This document shows, piece by piece, positions 1 to 13,355 of a stretch of DNA of 64,000 nt. The position numbers and the translations under genes were made by a program. The DNA is from Selaginella moellendorffii. Taxonomy: Eukaryota > Plantae > Lycopodiophyta. Location of the stretch: NCBI RefSeq assembly GCF_000143415.4, contig NW_003314291.1, positions 531,316 to 595,315 of the forward strand, read 5' to 3'. Each line of letters begins with the position of its first letter. Positions within the stretch are counted from its first letter, which is position 1. The notes beneath the pieces were generated by a model. That model was not told the DNA's origin. It ran no database searches and was given only the letters and a program-made list of their open reading frames with translations.

Positions 1-149
1 TGTGTCTAGTATCACCCGAATCTCTTCCTCTTCCTCACTGTTACCCTTTGGGTAATGGTTGATGTAGTGGAGTTGCAAGTGTAAATTACTAGAGCTTGAC
101 ATATGAAGTCCATCTCTTGTAAGAATTTATATAGTTGGATTGTCCATTT

Positions 150-420
150 TGTACTACCAACAATGACATGGTTAGCCTAAGGGATTGTTTATATGTCAGA
201 CAATTGTTGACAACATGGTTCACATCCTCCACCTTTTCAAGACAAGTAGCTCACAAATCAATGTTTGGATGCAAATGTTTTTCAAATGCATAAGTATGCA
301 TTGGCATGCATGCCATGTTTGCATAGTTTTGTACACATTAGTGCCATATAAGAATTTTTATTGCATCTCAGACAAGTCTGAATCAAATGCACACCCTAAT
401 TCTAAAAATGGGGGTCTCAT
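150..420 (-). mobile_element. Possible degenerate LINE (non-LTR retrotransposon) ORF2 3' remnant
   Basis: Minus-strand translation near 195-285 reads HLHPNIDL*ATCLEKVEDVNHVVNNC. If the stop was once a Cys, this gives a CxxC..E...H....C zinc-knuckle pattern like LINE ORF2 C-termini. No open frame. Confidence 0.3.
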
Positions 421-1249
421 TATACTTTTCCTCTCTAAATAGACACCAAAGTTATAAGCTTGTCACCTTTCTCTTTAGCTTTTGTTTCTTACCTCATAGA
501 GGAAACTTGCACTATTAATTAGATTAATAAATAATAAGCACTACTATTAAACAAACCAAGCATTAGTATGCACTAAATCATTTTTAATTGTGGATGGAGA
601 GAGCAATGTCATTTAGAGCAATTGGAATCATCTAGAAAGCTAAAAGGATTCAGAGTTCTTCGTCTATCACTCAATTACACACCTCATTGCTGCTGTACTT
701 CTATTTGAACAACAGGGCTGAAGAAGACGGTCGCATTGTAAATGAGATATGAGGAATGCTAGGTGAAGTTCAGCACCTGGAAATCAAAGTTAAGTCCCAT
801 GACGCTGCAAACATTCGAAAACTAGCTTGAGAAAAGAAAGCAAAACGTAAAATCGAGGAATAGGAATAGTTTTCTTCCAGCGGTGATCAATGCGTACCTC
901 TTTGGCCGACAATTGAGCAGCACTTGCGGATAGAAGCTGATCAACCACACTGAGAACGCAAACCATCCAAGAAGTTGATAGATCACGTAGATTGCCAAGA
1001 CGTCGTGCTGTTGAAAGCTGGAGTGAACCGATTGTGAAGTGCGCCACTCCTAGAGTCACAAGGTGAAAGTTTTTCATTTGCTCCCAGATTCGTATTTCTG
1101 TGTGCTGAAGGTGAGAAGCTCTCCCGATAGTGAGGCTGTCTGCATGCAATCTGGTGGTGGAGAAGTGTCCATCTTGTAAGTGCATTTATTTATTTCGAAT
1201 TGGAGACTGATTTGAGTTCCTTCTCTTTCTAACAGCCACCATGAAGTTG

Positions 1250-2130
1250 CAGCCATCCTCGTCCTGTTCAGCGGTGGGGGCAGAGGCATCGTCAGGCAAC
1301 ACGTTGCTTGTTTTCTCCAGATTTTGGAAAAGAGACTTCATGCCAAGCTGCAAAAGATAGACAGAAGTAAAATCTGATTGCATATAACTTGTCACGAACC
1401 ATGTATCTCCAAGCCGCTAGCTTCGGAGGCAAATACATTAGGCTGATGCACTGACTAAGCTTGATGAGAAGCTTCCGTAGCAAAGGACTGGGAGTTGCAA
1501 CGGGCGAGTCAGATAGCGTACTCACTTCCTTCCATGGAACAGGTGCAATTTCCAGAAGAATGCTACGATCCCCGACCTGCGTAGAATGCGTTAACGCAGG
1601 GGACATCTCAACTTAAAAATTCTAGCCTGTGCATTGACAGTACCAGGGATAAGAAAAAACTCCAGTAGAGCTGCCTTGGGGTGTTTTCAGTGCATCGTGT
1701 GACCAGGCCATGAATGCGCCGAGAAGAACTCAAGCTAATTAAGATCATTTACAAGAACTTATTCGTACCCGAGAAGATGAGAATGAATATCTGGCTGCGT
1801 CAAAAGTCCGGACAGAACGACTCCGGCCATTTCGCAAACAGGACCAGAGCATGACAAGAACTGCTTGCAGAAGTTCAGCATTCTCTCGACGAGAGGTGAC
1901 GAAGATGCTGTGCTCGTTGTCAAGTAGCCCAAGGCAGTGAGGGCAACTGTATACTTCGAGTTCTGATGGCTGGTGAGGGAAGAACTTGACCACGGTCTTG
2001 TAGCCACACACCGTGATGAGCTTGTGAATGACACAAGTCGGCATCTTGGATGTTCTCAAGCTGCTAAGAACTTTCATGAGAGAAATCACTTCCAAATGTG
2101 GCTTCCAAATGTTGTCTATAAAAGTCACTC
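1250..2130 (-). pseudogene. Tubulin-folding cofactor D (TBCD/TITAN1-like) N-terminal pseudogene fragment
   Basis: Peptides LITVCGYKTVVKFFPHQPSELE, RMLNFCKQFLSCSGPVCEMAGVVLSGLLTQPD and SPLLRKLLIKLSQCISLMYLPPKLAAWRY match remembered plant TBCD motifs. They are split over different frames with frameshifts, and no C-terminal part follows. Confidence 0.75.
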
Positions 2131-2543
2131 ACTGATCGTTCACAACAAGATCTTACAATACTTTGCGCAATTTTGTATATGCCAAACTCCACAGCTCCAC
2201 GAATCGTGGGTTAAATTGAATCATTCAAAAAAATAATAGATGACATGGCTGCATATGTGGCATGTCCCAAACGTGACTATGTACACTTTTTTCTAACGTT
2301 GGGAATTTTTTAGTTTTAGATTGCACAACATGAGTTTAGTTTGTTTTTCATTCCCTGAAGGCTAAACTCTAGTCAATGAAAATTGCATGATTTAAAATAT
2401 CCGAAAATATTCAAAAAATTTATAAGTAATATGAGATAATGGATTAAATATTTTTTTCTAAATATTAATTCATTTTAGATTCATTGAGACTCATTAATTT
2501 AAATAGATTGCCTTGAACTTTGTTTATGTTTTAGGGCTCGACA

Positions 2544-4400
2544 ATGGATTCCTTCCGGAAGCAGCTGGACGCCCTCATGGGCGCCAATCGCAACGGCGAT
2601 GTCCAGGAAGTGCAGCGCAAGTTCTCCGATCGGGATGTCTGTCGCCTCTACCTTGCTGGCCTCTGTCCTCACGATCTCTTCCAGCTCACGGTAATCATCG
2701 ATTAGAATCCACAGCGCTAGATGTTATTGCATCTGGTTTTCCACAGAGAATGGATTTAGGCGTCTGCCCAAAGATCCATTCCTTGCAACTGCGAAAAGAG
2801 TGAGTAGATTAATTTTTTCTCTCTCGTTTTTTCCTCATTACGATGTGTTCTCAGGTATAACGAGCAGACCAAGCAGTGTTATAATAGAGAGCTGGAAGAA
2901 TGCTTGGAGAAACACGTTTTGGAGTGTGACAGGAAGATCCAGCGTGCTTTGAAGCGAATAGAAGAGGATGATGTGAATGCTGCTACTGCTATTGCAGTGT
3001 CGGAGGTGACCAGGGTGAGCGTTGATCGTCTTTGTTGGTTTCAGAGTTTCATCTTCGCTAATCACTTTCGCAGTCCTCGGAAGCACTCGAATACACAAGA
3101 CAGATCAAAGAGAAGCTTAGAATCGCCGAAAATCTAGGTGAGAGTTGATGATCCTGGGGATGCTAGCTAACATTTTTCTTCCATTTTAGAGCTGGAGGGG
3201 AAAACCGATGATAAAATCAGAGTGATGGGAGAAGTGGAGGCGCTTAGATCCACGAGAGCAGACAGACAAGTATGCTTTCTTCCTTCTTTCAAAATTTTGT
3301 TTTCCTTTTGAATGTCATTGTTTTTATTCTCAGGCTCTATCTCTTCTAGAAGCGTTCAACAAGGACAGAGCTTTACTTTTGCAAGGAAATGCGCCTCCAC
3401 TGGCTCCTCTTCCATATATGCCTTTTCCTCCCGATGCAAGGACCCAGGATATGATCAAGGAGAAGCTGAACAAGGCAGAAGTGTTGGGTAAATATATTTC
3501 GTTTAGAGATTGTTGTGTTTTCCTCACTGGTTTTGATGCGATCTAGGTGAGCAAGGCTTGGTGGATGAAGCGCAAAAGGCCCTGGAAGAGGCAGAAGCGT
3601 TGAAAAAGGTACCACTTGCGAGAATATTTGTAATAAGTGTCAGGCTAAGAATCTGATGTGCCGCACAGCTTGTCTCGAGGTATGATATGGCTCCGGACCC
3701 AAACAAGGTGCTTCAACAGGACGCACGAGCTGTTCGTATATTGATACTCCTAACTTGTGTGGTTATGCTAATCCGTGATAGTTTACAGACTGATCAGAAG
3801 CTACGTGTTTGTGATATATGTGGAGCATATCTTAGCATCTACGACAGGTACTGTAGTTTGATGTGGTATTCTTGTCAAAATCTCATTTCATGTCATGCAG
3901 TGATCGACGGCTCGCTGATCATTTTGGTGGAAAGCTTCACCTCGGATACATGCGCATCCGCGAAAAGCTCGGCGAACTTCGGGTAATCTTCCGGATGATT
4001 GCTAGTAGCTCGGCCTTTCAACTTTAACTGCAGGAGGAAAAAGAAAAGGCGCGGAAACTTGCAGAAGAAAAGTAGGAGTGTAGTTTTGGCGTCTCGAGGC
4101 TGAGCTTAACCGTGTGTGCTTGTGGAGCAGGGCTCGAGAACGGGCTCTGGCAAGCAAGGAGCCCGACGAGAGAGAAAATGATCGCAGAGAACGCAGGGAG
4201 AGATCTTACCGTGACAGAGAAAGAGAAAGAGATAGAGATAGAGGATACATGAGGGAGCGTGGTCGCAGGAGGTAAGTTCTCGTTTGCTTTCTTGTGCTAA
4301 GTTTTGGTTCTACAGATCAAGGTCTCCTTCTCGCGAGCGTATAAGGGAGAGGTCGAGAGATCTTTCACCCCGCGACGTCCGTAGAAGTCATTGGTGGTAA
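2544..4400 (+). CDS. LUC7: LUC7-like U1 snRNP-associated splicing factor (multi-exon)
   Basis: MDSFRKQLDALMGANRNGD..DRDVCRLYLAGLCPHDLFQLT / RMDLGVCPKIHSLQLRKE; second zinc finger TDQKLRVCDICGAYLSIYD; RS/RE-rich tail ending ...RRSHWW* at 4400; GT-AG introns. Confidence 0.93.
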
Positions 4401-4910
4401 GATCCAAAGTGGACGAGAACATGATCCTAATCGCGCGCGCGCGTGTGTGTGTGTTTTGCACAGACAAGCTTGCGTTTCTGAGAGAGTCGGATCATCACGA
4501 AGATGGGATGAGCAGTCATCGTTTGTACTCTTTCCAAATGTGCGTGGAGTGCCTCTCTCTTTCTTTGATTTTAGCAGCAGCATATAGCTCTATGGCTACT
4601 TAGCATGCATGGTTTGTGACGTGGTTTGCACCTTATTCTATTTCCCAGGACTCCTTGACGGTCTTTTGCAAACTCCCAGAGTGTTGCATTCTCATGTACT
4701 CGGTGGGACAATCTGTAAGTTATAAACTTAAATTCTTTACGCTTCTCTAGAAATCTCTTTGATATACTCATCTAGCTTGTTCGTCTTGGCGGACAGAGAA
4801 CAGAGAAGAAGATCGAAAAAAATCGAAGAACAGATGAAGAGCTCGAAAAAAAATCAAAGTTTTTAGAAGATGGGGGGAAGTTCTAGAGTAAATTTCTAGG
4901 GTTTGAGGTG

Positions 4911-5968
4911 ATGACAGTAGCTAGCGGTGTGGGGTACACACTGATCGCGCTTGGGCCGGGGTTTAGTCTCTTCTTCCTCTCTATCGTGTCCAAGCCCCTT
5001 CTTATTCTTACGCTCCTTGCAAGGTATGGTCTTGATAAGTTGATACATCGCATTGATTTTCCTTGGTGCTTTTTTTCAGCACGCTGGTATGGCTCGCATC
5101 TCTCGTCGCGCTTGCGATCGTTTGGAGGGGATTTCTTCCTTTGGGTTCTTCCGATTGGATTTGTTTGCCACTCCTAGCTTCGTCAGTGGCTCTTCAGGAG
5201 TTTCTTAGAGTTCACTTCTGGCGAACTTTCAAGTAAGAGAGCTCTTTCTTTGTTTTTTCGGAGGTGGAAATAAGTGTTGATCAGGAAAGTGGAGTCTTCT
5301 CTAAATGGTGTTGCGGTCAGGATCTCGAAGCCTCCTCTTAGACCCAGTGAAAAGATCGAGATCGCCATTGGTAAGCTTGAAAAAACTTGTTTTTCCGTAT
5401 CATAGTTAGAGGCAATCGATTTAATTTTCGCAGTCTGAATCTCTTGATGGTTGCAGCTCTGGGCTTTGGCCATGGTTTGGCTCACTCGATCATGTTTTGC
5501 TTGAGCCTGCTTACACCGGCGTTTGGACCCGGGACATTTTACCTTCGCTCGTGTCCTCAAATGCCATTTTTTCTAGTGATTTGTAAGTAAAGTTTGGTCT
5601 TTTTTTCTCAAGGTTTTTGCTTTTTAACTGGTGTCTGTTTTTTGTTAGAACAGCTCTCATCTCACTCGGATTTCTATTGATCCACACATTTTCAATGGTT
5701 ATATTTTTCAAAGGCTACGAAGACCACAACAGTGGCCTCCGATTCTTCGTCCCCGCTATGCACGCCGTGGCTTCCTCGCTGGTAAAGTTCTTCCATAAAA
5801 TTTCTAACAATCGAGAAGTAAAAATTGCTTTCTCTCTTCGTATTTTTCCTGTAGACTTTGGTGAATCTCGTACAGAACGGGTGTGTAATTGGCACTCCCC
5901 TCGTGATGCTGTGCGCGGCACTGACGCTTTTCGTGTGTGGAAAATCCCTGTGGCAAAAGGGGGACTAA
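4911..5968 (+). CDS. APH1: Gamma-secretase subunit APH-1 (multi-exon)
   Basis: MTVASGVGYTLIALGPGFSLF..., LGFGHGLAHSIMFCLSLLTPAFGPGTFYLRSCPQMPFF, IHTFSMVIFF; hydrophobic multi-TM protein; stop after KSLWQKGD. Confidence 0.92.
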
Positions 5969-6451
5969 ACAGGATATTCTTTCCCAGAAAAAGAGGAGAC
6001 AATGGCGCTTGAAATCGCGAACTTTTGGATGCCAGGAACTTCGCAATCAATGTCCCTTTTTTGACAAAATGTACCATGGTTTTAAGTTCTATAATTCCCA
6101 TGGTAGAAATGTCCCCAGGGTGAAATATAAAAAAGTGTGTGTGTTTTTGAGTAGTGTTGTCTTGTTTGGGTTTGGACTCGCGCACGCGTCTAGGGCGCCA
6201 AGGTGCGAGGCTATGGCGGACGGGGATTCTCGGCGCGCTGTCGCGCGGGCGTGCTCGCAGGTAGCGTGGCGCTGCTAGTCCTTCCCTGCCGAGAATGGTG
6301 TGAGCTGCGAGGGGGAATTTCTAGGGTTTTAGGTGGAGCAGCAGCAGCGGAAGCCGGCAGGATAGGGTTTTCTGGGAAGTGGGCCTAGGGTTACTCCAAT
6401 GGCGGAATGGATGGAGCTGTGAGTAGCGCGCGCGCGCTTGGTTCCAAGGTC

Positions 6452-9400
6452 ATGTCTTCCTCTCAGAGTAATAACGAAGCCGCCACTCAACTCGACTTGA
6501 ACTACCTTCAGGTGAGTCTCATTGTTCCCGCAAGGATTTATTTTTTTGTTCCTCCTTCTCCTTTGGTAGAAGTAGCGATTTAGCAGTAGCTTGCAGCTAA
6601 CTGATACTGAATTTTTCTCCCCCTTTTTTTTCGCGATTGGTATAAGAGTTTGCATCTGCTTGCGGTTCAGCGTGTAAAGGTATACCGCTTGAACGATGAA
6701 GGAAGGTGGGATGACAAAGGAACGGGCCATGTCTCGGTCGAGTACCTTGAGGTTTGTGCCAGCTTGCTCGCAACTTTGTCTCATATGTTTTGCTTTCGTT
6801 TCTGCAGAGATCAGATGCTTTGGGCATGGTTGTTATTGACGAGGAAGACAACAACACGCTTCTAGTTCATCGGATCTCGGCGGACGATATCTATAGGCGG
6901 CAGGAAGGCAGGTTCTACTGCGCTCTTGCTCTTTGCGGATTTATACTGATGCTTTTGGTGCTCTCTAGAAACGATTATTTCATGGACGGATCCCGAGATT
7001 GCCACAGATCTGGCTCTGAGCTTCCAAGAGGCCATGGGGTGTGGGTTTATCTGGTATGGATTGTGTGCGTGGTGGGATTCTTCTGAAAGTTTGAGCTGCA
7101 GGGAGCAAATTTGTAATGTTCGAAGGTCTGTCGTTCATTATACCAACGTTGGAGGTACACTTGTAAACAGTAATGTTCCTTCTCTGATACCTTCCTTTAC
7201 TCAGCTTTGGAAAACGGGGCCCGTGTTACAAGTGACGAATTGGAACATTCTGGTACATCTCAAGACGATGGTATCATTTTGGAACATAGTTCTTTACAGA
7301 ACTATACTGATACACTGTGCCACAGATGATGTGCTCCACGATAGTGGTAGCAGTGAAATTCAACAATTACCCGGCGTTGAGCTATCCTCGCTTCCGCAGA
7401 TTGTGAAGGTAAAGGTTATTCTTGGTGGCATATTTGACATGTTTTCATCCCTTCAGACGATCGCGGAAGTTGCACCCCCCGACAAAGACCGCGTAGCTTC
7501 GCTAATAATGAAAGAAGTAAGTTGTTAACTCGTCTAAGTTTTCTTGAGGCAAGTTCTCATGCTCGAATATGTGTTAATCAGCAAAGTTATATCCCGAAAC
7601 TGATGGAGCTGTTCAGGCTTTGCGAGGACTTGGAAAACGTTGAAAACCTTCACATGATCTTCCGGATAGTCAAGGGAATGAGTAAGGTTTCAAATTGTGG
7701 TTGCCTAGTTGTGATGTTCCTTTCATTTTCAGTTTCTTTGAACGACAAGAATGTGTTCGACACTATTTTTAGCGATGAACACGTCATGGACGTGGTGGGC
7801 GCATTAGAATGTAAGACCGAAGGTTTCATTCTCCTGTTTCTGATCTTTTGGATATTAGACGATCCTGAACTTTCCTCTCAACAAGATCATCGGGGTTTCT
7901 TAAAAACTCAAGTTGTCTTTAAGGAGGTAATTGTGTACGTTGGTTTTGAAGCTTCTTATTATTTTAAATGTAGGCTGTACCCATACATGACGTAGCCATT
8001 GTGTCGAAGATTCACCAAACCTATAGAATCGGCTACGTAAAGGTTCATACTCTTACTCTGACTGTAGTATCTGTTCTGACTACTCCATGTTTGCAGGATG
8101 TTATTTTACCTCGTGTCTTGGATGACCAAACGTTTGCCAATATGAATTCGATGATGTTAGCGAACAACAAAGCGGTAATTTTTATTTGCATTGTGTGACA
8201 CGGCCTGCTATTAACTCTACATTTTAGGTGGTCTCTGCTCTCCATTCTGATAAAACATTTGTAAGTGATCTATTTGCAAAACTTCGATCCCCTGACATCT
8301 CTCAAAATGTTCGAAACGATTTGGTAAGTTTTTATTTCGTTGATTAATTGAATTTATGCTTAGACTGTTTCTTCCAGATATACTTCCTGCACGAGTTTTG
8401 CAACCTTAGCAAAAATCTTCTTTCTCTTCACCGCTCGGAACTTTTCGGGTATGAACACATTAGTTTGATGTTGGACTTTGATCGTCGCTTTACAGCTCCC
8501 TTGTTGAGAAAGGCATTTTTGAAGTTGTTACAATGGCTCTTCAAAGTGAAGATTTAAATCTGCGTGTAAGTGGGTAAGTCACTCGAATTTTTGAGAATCC
8601 TCGTTTATCTTTTTTGTCTTGCAGGAGCGATATCCTGATTGTAATTCTCAATCATGATGCTGCTTTGCTACGTACTTTTCTTGTGCAGCAAGAGGGTCAC
8701 GTTCTTTTTGGTCTTCTGGTATTTGCAAATCTTGTTTTCAATAGATACTAAGATGGTTCTTGTCCAGGTCAAGGGTCTGTTGAACTCCTCTGAAGGAGGG
8801 TTGCAAGCACAAATTCTCGAAATAATGAGAATGCTCTTGGACTCTGAACCATCAGAACAGGTATGAGGTCAATTTTAGTGTTTTTGCATTTTTTATTGAT
8901 TTTTGGAGTTGGAAAGCAGCAGCCAACCGAAAAGATTGCGTACTTGGAGATGTTCTATGAAAAATACATAGATCAGCTTGTTGAAGTGTTAACTTCTTCC
9001 TGTCCGACAAAGGTGGTTACGGAACATTCGAAGCGAGTCCCTACGGTAGAGAAAACACAAGCATCTGGCGAGGTGCTCGGCAACATTTGTGAATTGATGT
9101 GCTTTTGCGTACTGCATCATGGATACAGGATGAAGTAAGTGCTACTTTCATTTAATCAAGCTAAGAGACTGTTTGCAGGTATTACGTGATGCGGAACAAC
9201 GTTGTAGAGAAGGTCTTGCGCCTTGTTCGAAGGAAGGAAAAAGTCCTTGTCGTCGCGGCTGTGAGGTTCCTCCGAACTTGTGTGGGGCTTAAGGTGATGG
9301 TTTTGTGCGATGTGGTTCGGTACTAACGCCATTATTACAGGATAACTTTTATGCTCGGTACCTTATTAAGAATAATCTTTTTGAGCCTGTTATTCAGGCG

Positions 9401-10483
9401 TTTTTAGCTAACGGAAACCGATATAACCTTCTTAACTCAGCTGTATTGGAGTTGCTTGATTTTATCCGGAAGGTAAATCTTTGCTATACTTTTTACGAAG
9501 CTTAATTTCTTTTGTTACAGTCGAATTTGAAGGATCTTCTCATACATATTGTTGAAAACTACGGCAAAAAGCTGGAATGCGTCGACTATGTTGATACTGT
9601 TAAGCAACTGAAGGTGAAATATGACCAGGTGAGCAGAGTTTGAGTGTTTTTTTTTTTCGCATTCTTTAATGTTTTACTTAGCAGTATATGGATGATTCTA
9701 CTACGTCTAATCGAGAAGCTCCTGCCGGACCTAGTGGAATAGAAACTAGTTCCGACCGCTTTATTGGCCCGCTTCCCAGTCTAAGGAAAAGGAAAGACGA
9801 ACGTGCACTTGATAAGGCTGAAGAAGATTATTTCAACGAGGATAGGTACGTGCTGCTTTACTTTATAGGCACTGGTTTTTAACTTCCGACTTGCTCAGTG
9901 ATGACGAAGAGGACAGCGCACAAACGTCTCAGACTATCACAGTCAATGGCAATGCAGTAGAGGATGCGCCATTCAGGTTAGTCGTTCATCTCTTTGGAAG
10001 ATTTTTCTCTTGCTAATTTGTCCCTACAGACCATTCTGCTTGGTTGACTATGACGATGAAGATGACGATTCCCTTGTCCCTAGCAATGGGAAAAGCCGTC
10101 CTCGAAAGAGTGATGGATCGGAACACTGGCCTCATGCTAAGCGGAGGCCTCATCTAGGCGACTTTTCTATACACAAAAAGCTCAGACAAGACAGTGGTGG
10201 CCAGTCCGAATTGGGAAAGCAAGAGGTCGATGGAATCAACAGGATATCAGTCGAGGGGAAACCACAGATTGGTAGAACAACTGATCAACAACCTGGTAAC
10301 TTGAAAGGTGGTCTTGACGACAAACGGGACTCCACTAAATCTTCGAGTAGCAAGGTCAGGGATGATAGCGTGGTCTCAAGACTAGGAGCTCCAGGCCGGG
10401 TCAGTGCTGGATGCAAGCTCCAGATCGAGGCCAAGCCACGGATCCCGGCAGCATCGTCTCCAGAGCAATCGAGTAGCCGATAG
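6452..10483 (+). CDS. Ser/Thr protein phosphatase 4 regulatory subunit 3 (SMEK/PSY2-like), ~20+ exons
   Basis: EVH1-like N-terminus [21 protein letters not shown]; SMK-1 region ([39 protein letters not shown]); tail with [10 protein letters not shown]. Confidence 0.93.
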
Positions 10484-11759
10484 CAGCCGAAAATGGATGA
10501 CCAGTGTACAACGAGCTCGTGTTTTTTGGGACCGCGAAGCAGCGGGATATGTACGAGTAGGGAAGATTAACTTTCGGTGCTGGGACGGTCGCCAGAGCGA
10601 GCAGCAAGCAGATTTTTGACAAAAACGATCCAGGCGAAGGTCGAGTGAGCTTAACAAAGTCCGGAGAGAAAATGCAGGAAGGGATGGAAGTTTTTCTTAT
10701 ATTTTTTTTTATCAGGAGCTCACCGGTGACGTGAGGGAAGCTCTACAATCGCGACACATTGTCAAGGTCTCTAAATAAATCCATCAACAACATCAACACT
10801 GACTGGGTGGGACGCAGGGTAAAGACTTTGGACCGCGGAAAAGAAGAAAGAAAGAAAGAAAAGAGACCACGACGAAGATGACATACCTATATACTATATA
10901 ACTGTTTGGTGATGGTGGTGTGTAAACTGGTCTCACTCGAGGAATGTAAAAAAGAAATCGAGAGAGTGCGCGTTTGCGCGTTTGCGCGTTTGTTCTCTCA
11001 TGCGATCAAGGTTCGCGAAGAACACTTGCTTTCTAAAGTCTTTAAGTTTAGCAAAGAACATAGGAACCTGACCGTACAATGCTGTCAATAGGTAGTGTGT
11101 ACGGAAGAAAACCTCCATCCAAACCAACTTGCCCACAGGGAACTTTCAAACGTGAGAATATGCCGGCGCGAATATCCCACGGCTGAGCTTCGTGACACGT
11201 AGGCGGCCAAAAAGCAACGTTTCTTTGACCCCCGGAGGACTCTGGCTTACGCTCTAAGGACACTGTCCCTAAATGCCAGGCCGTTCATTTCACTCGATTC
11301 ACTCATTCTTTTCACTCCTCTCGCGAGGTAGCTCGGCTTCGTTGTGGATGCCGCTAGGGTTTTGCGGCGTGCTAGCTAGGGTTTTCCCGGGGGCCGGAGG
11401 AGCATGGCGCTGCGCGAGCGCCGGCGGCGCCTCTCTATCGCTCCGCGGGATTCGTGATTCGTGATTTGCCCGGATTTCATCTCTCGACGGTCGGCAGCGT
11501 GAAATATCGGCATCGGGAGCTGGCTGCTGGGGTTTGGCTAGATTCCACGAGGGGCTCGCTGGCCGGTAAGCGCCTTGAGGTAGATCGATAGCTTCTTCGC
11601 TCGAAATCTGGCTACATTCTGATATAGCTTGCGCAGATCTGCTCCGGGAGCCGGGCGGCGCGATCTGCGAGTCGCATCGCACGAGTCTTTTCGCCGGGGC
11701 TTTAGGCACAGATCCGAGAGGCTTTTGAGCATCCGGTGATCTGTGGATCTCCAGCGGCA

Positions 11760-13355
11760 ATGGGGAACTGCTGCGCGACGCCAGGTATCAAGAGGAAGGA
11801 GCGAAAGCCCAATCCTTTTGCTCAGGATGGATTCAAGGGGACCGGGCCGCCCAAGGTGATAATGAAGGAGCATGCGCCGGGAATGTCCGTCCAGCAGGGA
11901 GTGGACATCAACGAGAAGTACGTTCTCGGCAAGGAATTGGGCCGCGGAGAATTTGGCATCACCTATCTGTGCACGGGCAAGGAGAGCCAGGAGGATCTAG
12001 CTTGCAAGTCCATCTCCAAATCCAAGCTCCGGACGGCAGTGGACATCGACGACGTGAGGAGGGAGGTCCAGATCATGCACCACTTGCCGCGGCATCCCAA
12101 TGTGGTGGCGCTCAAGGATGTTTTCGAGGATGGCAATGCTGTCCACCTGGTGATGGAGCTCTGCGAGGGAGGGGAGCTGTTCGACAGGATCATTGCACGC
12201 GGCCACTACAGCGAGAGGGCGGCTGCCGGGATCACGAGGACCATCGTGGAGGTCGTGCAAGTCTGCCACAAGCACGGCGTCATGCACAGGGATCTCAAGC
12301 CGGAGAACTTCCTCTTCGCGAACAAGAAGGAGAACTCGCCACTGAAAGCGATCGACTTCGGGTTGTCCGTCTTCTTCAGGCCGGGAGAGAGGTTCTCGGA
12401 GATTGTGGGGAGCCCATACTACATGGCACCCGAAGTTCTCAAGCGGAACTATGGGCCGGAGATCGATGTGTGGAGCGCGGGTGTGATCCTTTACATTCTG
12501 CTGTCGGGAGTCCCACCATTTTGGGCCGAGTCGGAGCAGGGTGTGGCGCAGGCTATTCTTCGCGGCCAGATCGAGTTCAAGCGGGACCCGTGGCCAAAGA
12601 TATCTGAGAACGCGAAGTCGCTCGTGCAAAACATGTTGATGCCGGATCCAAAGCAACGCTACACGGCTCAGCAGGTCCTCGATCACCCGTGGCTGCAAAA
12701 CGCGAAGAAGGCGTCGAACGTTCCACTGGGGGACGTCGTGAGGAACAGGCTGAAGCAGTTTTCAGCGATGAACAAGCTCAAGAGGAAGGCCCTGCAGATG
12801 ATCACGGAGCTTCTGTCGGGTGACGAGGTCGAGAGCTACAAGGACATGTTCAAGGTGATGGACCAGAAGAATGAGGGCAGCATCACGTACGACGAGCTCA
12901 AGGTTGGCCTGGCGAAGATTGGCTCGCAGCTGGCGGAGAGCGAGGCGAAGCTGCTGATGGAAGCGGCGGACGTGAATAACAAGGGGACGCTTGACTACCA
13001 AGAGTTCGTGGCCATGATGATCCACATACAGAGGATGGACAATGATGAGTACCTGCGGAAGGCTTTCAACCGGCTGGACAAGGACGAGAGCGGATTCATT
13101 GAGAAGGAGGAGCTTCGAGAAGCTCTGTACGATGATCGTGGGGCCAGCGAGACGGAGATGATCGACGACATCCTCCAGGAGGTTGATCTGGACAAGGATG
13201 GCAAGATAAGCTATGAGGAGTTTGCGTCGATGATGCGGACTGGAACCGACTGGCGGAAGGCTTCGAGACATTACTCGAGAGGACGGTACAACAGTCTGAG
13301 CATTCGTCTACTCAGGGATGGTTCGCTCCAGTCTGGAAACTACGAGAAGCGGTGA
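11760..13355 (+). CDS. Calcium-dependent protein kinase (CDPK, CPK7/8/13-like subgroup), intronless CDS
   Basis: MGNCC acylation motif; kinase motifs [22 protein letters not shown]; junction [11 protein letters not shown]; four EF-hands; tail [19 protein letters not shown] typical of this subgroup; one uninterrupted 531-aa ORF. Confidence 0.97.
   Translation: MGNCCATPGIKRKERKPNPFAQDGFKGTGPPKVIMKEHAPGMSVQQGVDINEKYVLGKELGRGEFGITYLCTGKESQEDLACKSISKSKLRTAVDIDDVRREVQIMHHLPRHPNVVALKDVFEDGNAVHLVMELCEGGELFDRIIARGHYSERAAAGITRTIVEVVQVCHKHGVMHRDLKPENFLFANKKENSPLKAIDFGLSVFFRPGERFSEIVGSPYYMAPEVLKRNYGPEIDVWSAGVILYILLSGVPPFWAESEQGVAQAILRGQIEFKRDPWPKISENAKSLVQNMLMPDPKQRYTAQQVLDHPWLQNAKKASNVPLGDVVRNRLKQFSAMNKLKRKALQMITELLSGDEVESYKDMFKVMDQKNEGSITYDELKVGLAKIGSQLAESEAKLLMEAADVNNKGTLDYQEFVAMMIHIQRMDNDEYLRKAFNRLDKDESGFIEKEELREALYDDRGASETEMIDDILQEVDLDKDGKISYEEFASMMRTGTDWRKASRHYSRGRYNSLSIRLLRDGSLQSGNYEKR

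Noticed and set aside
2241-2266. Short imperfect palindrome as a Helitron 3' hairpin
   Set aside because: No adjacent CTRR terminus at the expected spacing; insufficient evidence.
11963-13271. Long antisense and alternate-frame ORFs over the CDPK (similar ones over the PPRs, GYF gene, UGT and MOS1 tail)
   Set aside because: Shadow ORFs caused by high GC3 and low-complexity repeats; no recognisable domains.
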